Positions 38,113 through 47,004 of a stretch of 64,000 nucleotides of DNA are shown here, piece after piece. Position 1 is the first letter of the stretch. Every line of letters begins with the position of its first letter. The position numbers and the translations under genes were made by a program. This DNA is from a virus. Lineage: Duplodnaviria; Caudoviricetes. The DNA lies in IMG/VR virus record IMGVR_UViG_3300021431_000118, positions 5,530-69,529 of that record. One strand, written 5' to 3'. Below the pieces are notes generated by a model. The model ran no database searches, was not told the origin of the DNA, and worked only from the letters and a program-made list of their open reading frames with translations.

Positions 38113-41100
38113 ATGGCGATAATCGGTAATCCGATCATTGCGGCGGTCAAGTCCGAGGTAGACAGCGTATTCAACGAGTATTCTGAAAATCCGGTACAGA
38201 ACCGCGTGATTGCAGCTTATGTCCGGGAACCGAGCCTCACACTGGATCAGGATGAGGAGACAAAGCTGGTCTATGTCGCGACACAGGACGGCGTACGGCT
38301 CGGCAACGGTATTCTCGTAGAGGGCACCGGAGGCGGAGGCGGAGGCGGCAACGACAGCTACGCCGCCAAAGTCGCGAACCTGCTGGACAGCAGAACCTTC
38401 ACAGTACCGGAGGGTGGAAGCGCGGTCATCGCGTTCCGCTATACATCTGTAGACGCGGACGGAGAAGATGACGGCCCCGGTGTCGGCGTCATCTCTGTCA
38501 ACGGTGTACAGAGGCAGACACTGAGCGTGAGCCAGGGAGACCACAGCATTGACATCTCCTCTCTCCTGAGCGCAGGCGAGAACAGGGTTATCATCCGGGT
38601 CACGAACTCGGTCGGGCGCGCTTCACAGATGCAGTACACCATTGCCGTAGTAGCGCTGAAGCTGACGACGACCTATGCTGATCTCTCGACGTATTCCGGC
38701 GACGTGATCTATTCCTACACGGTATCCGGCATCGGCGAGAAGACCATGCACTTCGTCATGGACGGGGAAGACATGGGGCTTGTGACTGTCACCACGACAG
38801 GGCGAAGCCAGTCCTTCACGATCCCGGTACAGGCCTACGGCGGACACGTATTTGAGTGCTATGCCACAATGGACGTGGATGGCATGCCGCTGAAGAGCAA
38901 CGTGCTGCGGCACGGCATGATCTGGCTCAAGGACGGCGTCACCAACGCCGCCATTACATCTACCTTCAACCAGAAAACAGCAATCCAGGGAGAGACTCTG
39001 TCAATCCCCTATCTGGCGTACGACCCGCTGCAGGCGGAGGCAGAGGTGGAGCTGATCGTCATCGACAGCGACGGCAACCAGTACAGCAGCAGTACCATCA
39101 GACACAACAGGACGCCTGACGTATGGACACTGACGGACTACCCGGCAGGAGAAATTACGATTCGACTGCGCTGCGGCTCGGCACGCTGCGACTTCTACGT
39201 CGACGTGGAAGCGTATGAACTGCCGGTGAGTTCGGTCACTGACGGCCTGATGCTGGAGTTTTCCGCAGCAGGACGGTCCAACGGCGAAGCGAACCCGGCA
39301 CAGTGGAGTTATAACGATATTGAGGCGAGCTTCACGAACTTCGGCTGGGGCGGCGCGGACGGCTGGGTCGCTGACAGCGACGGCACCACAGTGCTGCGCT
39401 TCCTGCCAGGGGACACGATGGAGATCCCCTTCTATTCTTTCCGCAACAACATCACGTCGAGCGGTTATACCGTCGAGATTGAAATGGCAACGCACAACGT
39501 GCGGGACTACGAGAGCGTGGTCATCAGCTGTATGAGCGGCGGGCACGGCTTTGTCATCCGCTCGCAGAGCGCCGATCTCAGTTCGGAACAGTCCGGCGTA
39601 TCGGTGCAGTTCAGGGAAGATGCGCGGGTGCGGGTCGCCTTCTCGATTGAGAGCCTGAACCTGAACCGGCTTATCTATATCTATGTAAACGGAATCATGT
39701 GCGGCGTAGCGCAGTATCCGAGCGCAGACAACTTTCGTCAGATTACACCGGCGGATATCCTGATCGGCGCACAGAGCTGCGGTATCGACCTGTACAAGAT
39801 CAGAATCTACAACAAAGGGCTTACCAGCACGGAACAGCTGGACAACTTTATCGCAGACCGGTCTACACTGGCGGAGCGGCGCGAGGCATATGAACGCAAC
39901 GACATCCTGGATGAGAACGAGAACGTCACCATCGACAGACTGCCGAACTGGCTGTCCCACATCCTGATTAAGTGTCCGAGGCTCCCCGCGAGTAAGGAAG
40001 AGGACGACGCGACGGCGGAACTGGAATTTGTCGACCCGCTGCATCCGGACCGGTCATGGACCGCGACCGGCGTCAAGATCGGTATTCAGGGAACCTCGTC
40101 CGCCGGTTATCCGATCAAGAACTGGAAGTTCAAGCTGAAAAAGGGAATCGTCTATGAGACGCGAGACTCGCAGGGCAACGAGCGGACAGACGTCGGCTTC
40201 CCGATCCACGAGGGAGAGATCCCGACCAAGACGATCTGCTGGAAGGCGGACTTCGCCTCCTCAGAGAACGCGAACAACGTGGTGCTGGCGATGTACTATA
40301 ACGATCTGTGCCCGTACAAGACGCCTGCCCAGCAGGCCAACCCAAAGATCCGTCAGGGTATCGACGGCTTTGCGTCCACCCTGTTCTGGATGGATACGAC
40401 GACCAATGAGGTGCACTTTCTCGGCAAGGGCAACTGCAACGTGGATAAGGGTAACGACAACATCTTCGGTCTGACGGAGGAGTATCCGGACGCGGAGAGC
40501 TGGGAGTTCCTGAACAACACATCCAATCGCTCACTGTTCAGCGGAGCGGACTTTGAATCCATGGGCACCGACAAGAACGGCAACCCGATCAAGGCGTGGC
40601 AGAACGACTTTGAGGCAAGGTATCCGGATGACTCTCTGGATATCGAGCGGTGGGCTGCGGCGGTCGCGTGGGTCGCATCCACAGACCGGAACGCGGTGAG
40701 CGCGGAAGCGGAGAAGAATGCGAGACTGCAGAAGTTCCGGAACGAATTTGAAGATCACTTCATTCTGGCAGCGCTGCTGTTCTATTACGTGTTCACAGAG
40801 ACGTTCCTGCTGATGGACAACAGAGCAAAGAACATGTTCATGACGACATTTGACGGGGTGCACTGGTTCACGCTCCCCTACGACTTTGACTCGTCACTTG
40901 GCATTAACAACGAAGGCTCGCTCGCCTTTGGCTACTGGCTGGAAGACACGGACTTTGTGGACGGCAAGGAAGTCTATACCGGGCAGAAGTCTGTCCTGTG
41001 GAACAACTTCCGCGACGCATTCCAGGATGAAATCCGTGAGATGTACCGGTCGCTCCGAAGCATGAGCGACAACGACCCGTCAAAAGAGTCCCCGTTCAGT

Positions 41101-44100
41101 TATTACAGGGCTGCGAAGCGCTTCACCGATCATCAGTCCGCATGGCCTGAAGCACTCTGGAACGAGGACGCCTATACGAAATATCTCCAGCCGTACTTCA
41201 CAACCGGCGAGGATTACCTCGACCGACTGTACGGAAGCAAAGCATCCCAGAGAGACTGGTGGCTATACAACCGCTTTGGCTATCTGGATTCCAAATACTT
41301 CTGCGGCGAGGCCGCAACGAACCGTATTGTCCTGCGTACCAACAGGATCGCAGATATGACGATCATCCCGTACGCAGATATCTACGGACACGTCCGCTTC
41401 GGTTCCTACGATACCGTCAAACGCTGCAAGCGCAATGTGGAATATACGCTGGAATGTCACGCGGATAACCTGGACGATACGGAGACCTATATCTATTCCG
41501 CAAACCGGCTGAGGTCTGTCGGAGACCTGAGTCCGCTGCTGGTCGGCGAATGGAACTCCGCAGCGGCAACAAAGCTGCAGGAGATCAAGCTCGGCGATTC
41601 CGATCCGAATTATGACAATCCGCTGCTCGGAGCAAAGAACAGCGTCAATGTTGGAACGAATGAATTGCTCACATCGATCGACGTTACCAACTGCAGCGGT
41701 TTTGGGACCGGCAACCAGAAGACGCTGGATGTATCCAAGTGTCCGTCCCTACAGACGGTACTGGCATCCGGCACGGCGCTCCAGGGCGTCCTGCTGCCGA
41801 ATGGCGGGCATCTGCGTACGCTGAAGCTGCCAGGGACAATCAAGAACTTCACGATCCAGAACCAGAAGGAACTGCAGACACTGACATTTGACAGACAGGG
41901 CACGATCCAGACGCTGGTGGTCGAGAACAGCCCGACGGTACCGGTGGCGGAACTGCTGCTGAACAACCCCGTAGCAAACTTCCGTTTGATTAACTTTGAA
42001 ATCACGGTGACGGCGGCGCAGCTGCAGACCATCTACGACAAGCTGGCGGCGGAAAGCGCGAAGGGCATCGAGCCAGACCTGAAGACGGAAACGGCGGTAG
42101 GCAATTCGGTATCCGGCGTCATCAATGTGAACCAGTCCGTGAGCGCTAATCTGATCGCGGCTTTCGGCGATCTCTGTCCGGAGGTGCTGATTGTGGTGAA
42201 CGGACAGGCCAGCTGCGTGGTGCGCTTCCGCGACTGGGACGGCACGGTGCTGAACATCCAGAATATTTCCCGCGGCGGCACGGCAGTGGATCCTGTGGCG
42301 GAAGAGCTCATCGAAGTGCCGGTACGTCCGGATTCGGAGCGTATCCGCTATACCTACGACGGATGGGACAAGCCGCTCACGAACATCCAGACGCACACGG
42401 TCATCACGGCGAAGTACGCCGAGGAGAGCGCGTGGTACGCGATCTTCCAGAACTGGGACGGCACGGAGCTGTACCGGGAGCTGGTGCTGACGGGACACAA
42501 TGTTGAAGATCCTATCCCAAGAAAGATTCCGACGCCGGTACGGCCTGCGGACGGAGAATATTCCTATACTTACGCAGGCTGGGACAGAAGCTTACTGAAC
42601 TTCCGTTCCGACAGAATCATTACAGCAAAATACGCAACGTCCGCTTCCCTGACGGTCACCTTCGTCAACTGGGACGGGACGGAACTGTATGTCGCGAACT
42701 GCAAGTTCGGCGGTTCCGTACAGAATCCTGTAGACTCAGGAGCCATTCCCCCGCCGACGAGGCCGGACGACGACGAGAATCAGATTCGCTATACCTTTAT
42801 CGCATGGAACCGTGATCTGTCGAACATTACAGAGTCAATGACTGTCACGGCAACATACTCGCGACTGACATACTATAAGGCAATCTTCCTTAACACAGAC
42901 GGCTCGGAACTGTACGTGGAACGGCTGAAGTACCGCGACGCGGTTATCGATCCTGTAGCGGCTGAACTGATCGAGACGCCGACAAGGACGCCGGAAGCAA
43001 CCTACGGATATATCTACAAAGGCTGGGATAAACCGCTGTCGACGTCAATCACCGCAAACATCACGTACACCGCACAGTACAAGACAAACCAGGAGTTCCG
43101 CGTTGTCTTTGTAAATACAGACGGAACAGTGCTGAACACGCAGTACGTATACGACGAGGACGACGCGGTCGACCCGTACGATACGGGAATCATCGCGACA
43201 CCTGTACAGCTGCCGACCGATCAGTATCAGTATACTTTTGCGGGATGGGACAGCGCCCTGACGAACATCAAGGCGGATAAAACCATCACGGCACGGTACA
43301 ACAGTTCAATCAGAAAATACAAGATACGCTATCTGAACAACGACGGAACGGTTGTCAGGGATGACGGAGAACTTGGCTACGGCACCAAGCTGACACCGCC
43401 GAGCGATCCGACGCACCCCAGCGGGGACGCCAAATATGTATTCCAGTTCTGGGATCCGGCGGAGACATCGGTGACGAGGGACAGAGATTACATTGCAATC
43501 TACCGTGACAACACAATCGAGCTGGTGCGGTATTTGGACGGAAGTATCGAAGAGTATTCCGACAACGGCGGGACAAATATTGCACCGTACGCGTTCTATG
43601 CTGAACCGAATCTGGAGACGGTAGAGGCGAACCCGGCAAGCGTCGGGGCTTATGCATTCTATAACTGCCCAAAGCTGAAAGAAGTAGACCTTGCCGGAAC
43701 GGGCGCACTGTCTATTATTGAATATGCTTTTTATCAAGACAGTAAACTGACTGATCTAATCTTACGCGGAAACAGCGTAGCGGCACTTGCTAATTATAAT
43801 TATTCTTATCCGGGTTATAACGTATTCGGCTATACACCGATTGCCGCCGGACTCGGCACTATTTACGTACCAGAGGAATTGGTGGATGATTATAAGGCAG
43901 CCGCAAACTGGGGAGCGTACCGGAACCGCATCTACCCAATCAGCGACTATCCGATTACAAACTATGAAACCATTTCAGATTCGTGGGCAGATATCGTTGC
44001 GGCGGAAAGTGACGGAAGTTATCTGTCGAAATATAAAATCGGAGATACTAAAATCTTCAAGGTGAACGGTGTGGACACCTATGCACAAATAGCAGGATTT

Positions 44101-44964
44101 GACCAGGACGACAAAGCAGACGGAAGCGGCAAAGCTCATATCAGCTGGCTGACACTGCACCCATACCCATCGGTCCGCAGGATGGACAATTTCCAGTATT
44201 TTGCCACGTTCAACTGGCAAGAAAAGGACGGCGTCTGGGTTCCGATGAATAAAGGCGTACATAATTCAGCCGCAGAATGTACATGGACATTCAACGTGCA
44301 GACCGGCGGTACCTTCACGATCGAATATAGATGCTCATCTGAAGGTGTTGACCCGCTAACGATCACGGTGAACGGGAATCAGATCACCTCCGGCGGCGGA
44401 ACTTATACCTGGCGATCCTACAACGTAACATGTGCCGCAGGCGATACGATCACCGTGTTCGGCAGATACCGGAAAGACGGTAGCGTACATACCGGTGAAG
44501 ACAGTGGCTTTATCCGTTTTACCGGTGACGCCGTTACAACGATGACATCCACTCATGTAGACCCGAAAGAGCATACCTATGAGAACTCCGAAATGCGCAC
44601 CTGGCTGAACGACACTTTGACGCCGCAAATAGAAAGTGGCGTGCGGAGCAGAATCGTTCCGGTCACCAAAAAGTCCTACCATGTCTACGCCGGCGAAGTT
44701 CTCACGTCGACAGAAAGCGTATGGCTTCCGTCCGGTTACGAGATTGGCGCAAGCTATGAGGGCAGCGGCGCAAGATATACCGACCTTATGCCTAACAACT
44801 ACAGCAGGCTCCGTTGTCTGCGGTCTAACTATAGCAACGTAACTTACTGGACACGTACGATCTACAGCGGAGGGTATGTTTACTGCGGAAGCACTTCCGG
44901 TGTGATTACCGGCGGAATATCGCCAACCAATAATCAATATTTCATCTATGGGTTCTGCACTTAA
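38113..44964 (+). CDS. Giant multidomain fibre/baseplate protein (~2283 aa): Ig-like, LamG-like, CotH-kinase-like, LRR, six InlB-B/Flg_new-like repeats, BspA-LRR, DUF6273-like C-terminus
   Basis: Domains recognised from motifs. Start set at ATG 38113, 8 nt after GGAGGTGA. Confidence 0.75.
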   Translation: MAIIGNPIIAAVKSEVDSVFNEYSENPVQNRVIAAYVREPSLTLDQDEETKLVYVATQDGVRLGNGILVEGTGGGGGGGNDSYAAKVANLLDSRTFTVPEGGSAVIAFRYTSVDADGEDDGPGVGVISVNGVQRQTLSVSQGDHSIDISSLLSAGENRVIIRVTNSVGRASQMQYTIAVVALKLTTTYADLSTYSGDVIYSYTVSGIGEKTMHFVMDGEDMGLVTVTTTGRSQSFTIPVQAYGGHVFECYATMDVDGMPLKSNVLRHGMIWLKDGVTNAAITSTFNQKTAIQGETLSIPYLAYDPLQAEAEVELIVIDSDGNQYSSSTIRHNRTPDVWTLTDYPAGEITIRLRCGSARCDFYVDVEAYELPVSSVTDGLMLEFSAAGRSNGEANPAQWSYNDIEASFTNFGWGGADGWVADSDGTTVLRFLPGDTMEIPFYSFRNNITSSGYTVEIEMATHNVRDYESVVISCMSGGHGFVIRSQSADLSSEQSGVSVQFREDARVRVAFSIESLNLNRLIYIYVNGIMCGVAQYPSADNFRQITPADILIGAQSCGIDLYKIRIYNKGLTSTEQLDNFIADRSTLAERREAYERNDILDENENVTIDRLPNWLSHILIKCPRLPASKEEDDATAELEFVDPLHPDRSWTATGVKIGIQGTSSAGYPIKNWKFKLKKGIVYETRDSQGNERTDVGFPIHEGEIPTKTICWKADFASSENANNVVLAMYYNDLCPYKTPAQQANPKIRQGIDGFASTLFWMDTTTNEVHFLGKGNCNVDKGNDNIFGLTEEYPDAESWEFLNNTSNRSLFSGADFESMGTDKNGNPIKAWQNDFEARYPDDSLDIERWAAAVAWVASTDRNAVSAEAEKNARLQKFRNEFEDHFILAALLFYYVFTETFLLMDNRAKNMFMTTFDGVHWFTLPYDFDSSLGINNEGSLAFGYWLEDTDFVDGKEVYTGQKSVLWNNFRDAFQDEIREMYRSLRSMSDNDPSKESPFSYYRAAKRFTDHQSAWPEALWNEDAYTKYLQPYFTTGEDYLDRLYGSKASQRDWWLYNRFGYLDSKYFCGEAATNRIVLRTNRIADMTIIPYADIYGHVRFGSYDTVKRCKRNVEYTLECHADNLDDTETYIYSANRLRSVGDLSPLLVGEWNSAAATKLQEIKLGDSDPNYDNPLLGAKNSVNVGTNELLTSIDVTNCSGFGTGNQKTLDVSKCPSLQTVLASGTALQGVLLPNGGHLRTLKLPGTIKNFTIQNQKELQTLTFDRQGTIQTLVVENSPTVPVAELLLNNPVANFRLINFEITVTAAQLQTIYDKLAAESAKGIEPDLKTETAVGNSVSGVINVNQSVSANLIAAFGDLCPEVLIVVNGQASCVVRFRDWDGTVLNIQNISRGGTAVDPVAEELIEVPVRPDSERIRYTYDGWDKPLTNIQTHTVITAKYAEESAWYAIFQNWDGTELYRELVLTGHNVEDPIPRKIPTPVRPADGEYSYTYAGWDRSLLNFRSDRIITAKYATSASLTVTFVNWDGTELYVANCKFGGSVQNPVDSGAIPPPTRPDDDENQIRYTFIAWNRDLSNITESMTVTATYSRLTYYKAIFLNTDGSELYVERLKYRDAVIDPVAAELIETPTRTPEATYGYIYKGWDKPLSTSITANITYTAQYKTNQEFRVVFVNTDGTVLNTQYVYDEDDAVDPYDTGIIATPVQLPTDQYQYTFAGWDSALTNIKADKTITARYNSSIRKYKIRYLNNDGTVVRDDGELGYGTKLTPPSDPTHPSGDAKYVFQFWDPAETSVTRDRDYIAIYRDNTIELVRYLDGSIEEYSDNGGTNIAPYAFYAEPNLETVEANPASVGAYAFYNCPKLKEVDLAGTGALSIIEYAFYQDSKLTDLILRGNSVAALANYNYSYPGYNVFGYTPIAAGLGTIYVPEELVDDYKAAANWGAYRNRIYPISDYPITNYETISDSWADIVAAESDGSYLSKYKIGDTKIFKVNGVDTYAQIAGFDQDDKADGSGKAHISWLTLHPYPSVRRMDNFQYFATFNWQEKDGVWVPMNKGVHNSAAECTWTFNVQTGGTFTIEYRCSSEGVDPLTITVNGNQITSGGGTYTWRSYNVTCAAGDTITVFGRYRKDGSVHTGEDSGFIRFTGDAVTTMTSTHVDPKEHTYENSEMRTWLNDTLTPQIESGVRSRIVPVTKKSYHVYAGEVLTSTESVWLPSGYEIGASYEGSGARYTDLMPNNYSRLRCLRSNYSNVTYWTRTIYSGGYVYCGSTSGVITGGISPTNNQYFIYGFCT
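42217..43503 (+). repeat. Six ~70-aa protein repeats (V.F.NWDGT.L....DP...P.RP...Y.F.GWD....I.A.Y)
   Basis: Visible in the translation; resembles Listeria-Bacteroides (InlB B/Flg_new) repeats. Confidence 0.85.
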
Positions 44965-44978
44965 AGGGGTGATGGATC

Positions 44979-46757
44979 ATGGCAGAAGCAACAAATACAC
45001 GCACTACAGTCGGCAATCACGAGACTCTTCGGGCCGTGGTTGCCAGCACGCTTTCAGAACTGATTGACGATCAGGTGTATAACCTCAGACCTTATGCCTT
45101 TTATGGCGACACCGGGCTGGAGGCCGTCACCCTGCAGAACATCAGACAGGCCGGTCAGTACGCATTTGCAAACTGTTCCCGTCTCGCAACGGTAAACCTG
45201 GGATACCTGCACGTGCTCAGTTCTTATTTATTCAGCAACTGCTCAAAGCTCGATACGGTATATGCCGCAGAGACTGAATCCGCACAGACAAATTGCTTTG
45301 CCGGATGTACAAATCTCGTTACTATCTATATGCCTGAACTGCTATCTCTGGCAAGCGGTATGTTCCAAAACTGTACGAAACTAACCGATGTGTACGTTCC
45401 GAAACTGAAATCAGGGAACAGCTACGCTTTTTCAGGGTGCTCCTCGTTGGAAGAGATTGACTTGAGGAACCTCACCAGTGTCAGTTACAGTATGCTCAGC
45501 GGTTGTTCCAAGCTTGCGAGAATCACCCTTAACGATGACTGCAGCACTATCGGCGACTATGCATTCAGAGGGTGCTCCAGTCTGGACAATCTGTCATTCC
45601 CGAATGTACGCAGTATCGGCTCGTATGCTTTCAGCGGTTGCTCAAAGCTGAAAAATATTTCCATCCCGAAAGCGACAAGCGTCTCAACTCGCGCGTTTCA
45701 GGACGTGCCGATCGGCGCGCGTTCTGACGACGTCCTCAATCTGCCGAGCGTTACCAGTATCGGGCAGTATATAGCCTATGGGAACGGGCCGCACGCTATT
45801 GATTTCGGATCGAGAATTACATTCGGGACCTATTCACTCGCTTACGCGCACAATCTTGTTCAACTGATTCTACGCAGCAGTACAATGTGCTCACTCGCCA
45901 ACACGAACGCTCTTATGCATACACCGCTTGAGAGCGGCTACGGATGGATTTATGTTCCGGAGGATCTTGTTGGCACATATAAGGCTGCGACAAACTGGTC
46001 TACGTTTGCAGACAGGATCATACCTCTGGACGAATATCCGAAGGACGTGATCGGTACCATTACCGATACATGGGATGAGATTGCAACTGCAGAAGCGAAC
46101 GGAACGTACAAGACTAAATATCATATCAATGATACAAAGACGTTTCTGCTGAACGGGTACACTTATGCAGCACGGATTATCGGATTCGATAAAGACGACA
46201 GGTCTGACGGGAATGGGAAGGCGCCGATCACATGGATGTGTATCGGGCTATTTCCTACAGGTAGGCAGATGAATAATAATTACGGCACCAGTATTGCACA
46301 AAACTGGAGAGGGTCTTTGGTGCGTTCTTACCTCCAAGACAACGTTCTCTCACGGCTCGACGAGGATCTCGCTCCTCGTATTGTTGAAGTACAGAAAAAC
46401 TCACGCACTCAGACTACAACCGGGGCAGCTGATTATGATACAACAGACGACAAGCTGTGGGTTCTGTCTGCTCACGAAGTTGGATGGGGTGGAACCGGAG
46501 AAAGCGGACCAGTATATGACGATGTTTTCTCCGATGATGAGTCGCGGCAGCTCCGTCCAAATGCATTCGCGACCGGGGATAAAGTATACTGGTGGACTCG
46601 TACCACGTCTTCGGATTCACGACATTGTTATCTTGCAGCCGCAACAGCACGGACTGTATCAAACGGCGACGGAACTAATACGAGTTATCCTGGCGGTGAT
46701 CTATTGAATGCACACTGCTCGAACACATATTATTTCCCAATCTGTTTCTGCACCTAA
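44979..46757 (+). CDS. BspA-type LRR protein with DUF6273-like C-terminal domain
   Basis: Repeated IG.YAF.GCS.L units. The C-terminus is paralogous to the end of the upstream giant protein. Confidence 0.85.
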   Translation: MAEATNTRTTVGNHETLRAVVASTLSELIDDQVYNLRPYAFYGDTGLEAVTLQNIRQAGQYAFANCSRLATVNLGYLHVLSSYLFSNCSKLDTVYAAETESAQTNCFAGCTNLVTIYMPELLSLASGMFQNCTKLTDVYVPKLKSGNSYAFSGCSSLEEIDLRNLTSVSYSMLSGCSKLARITLNDDCSTIGDYAFRGCSSLDNLSFPNVRSIGSYAFSGCSKLKNISIPKATSVSTRAFQDVPIGARSDDVLNLPSVTSIGQYIAYGNGPHAIDFGSRITFGTYSLAYAHNLVQLILRSSTMCSLANTNALMHTPLESGYGWIYVPEDLVGTYKAATNWSTFADRIIPLDEYPKDVIGTITDTWDEIATAEANGTYKTKYHINDTKTFLLNGYTYAARIIGFDKDDRSDGNGKAPITWMCIGLFPTGRQMNNNYGTSIAQNWRGSLVRSYLQDNVLSRLDEDLAPRIVEVQKNSRTQTTTGAADYDTTDDKLWVLSAHEVGWGGTGESGPVYDDVFSDDESRQLRPNAFATGDKVYWWTRTTSSDSRHCYLAAATARTVSNGDGTNTSYPGGDLLNAHCSNTYYFPICFCT

Positions 46758-46775
46758 GGTGTATGGAGGAATTAC

Positions 46776-47003
46776 ATGATTGTAATGGAGTTCTATAAGA
46801 CAAGAAGCGACGGGGTTGATCTGTACCGTACGTATTCCGATCGCAGGATGATGATCGAGCGCGACGGCGTCCTTTACGGCGAGGCGATCGACCCCGGCGA
46901 TCGCGGGAGGCTCTATGTGGAAACGGAGACTCCGATTCCGGCTCCGGAGGAACCGGAAACCGAAGAGGAAAACAACGAAGAAAATAATGAGGTGGTGATA
47001 TAA
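46776..47003 (+). CDS. Small protein, possible fibre assembly chaperone
   Basis: DGVDLYRTYSD..MI..DGVLY.EAIDP motif after fibre genes; SD GGAGG. Confidence 0.55.
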   Translation: MIVMEFYKTRSDGVDLYRTYSDRRMMIERDGVLYGEAIDPGDRGRLYVETETPIPAPEEPETEEENNEENNEVVI

Positions 47004-47004
47004 A

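Noticed and set aside
44780-46757. Complete diversity-generating retroelement
   Set aside because: No reverse transcriptase, Avd-like gene or template repeat found in the window; kept only as possible remote targets
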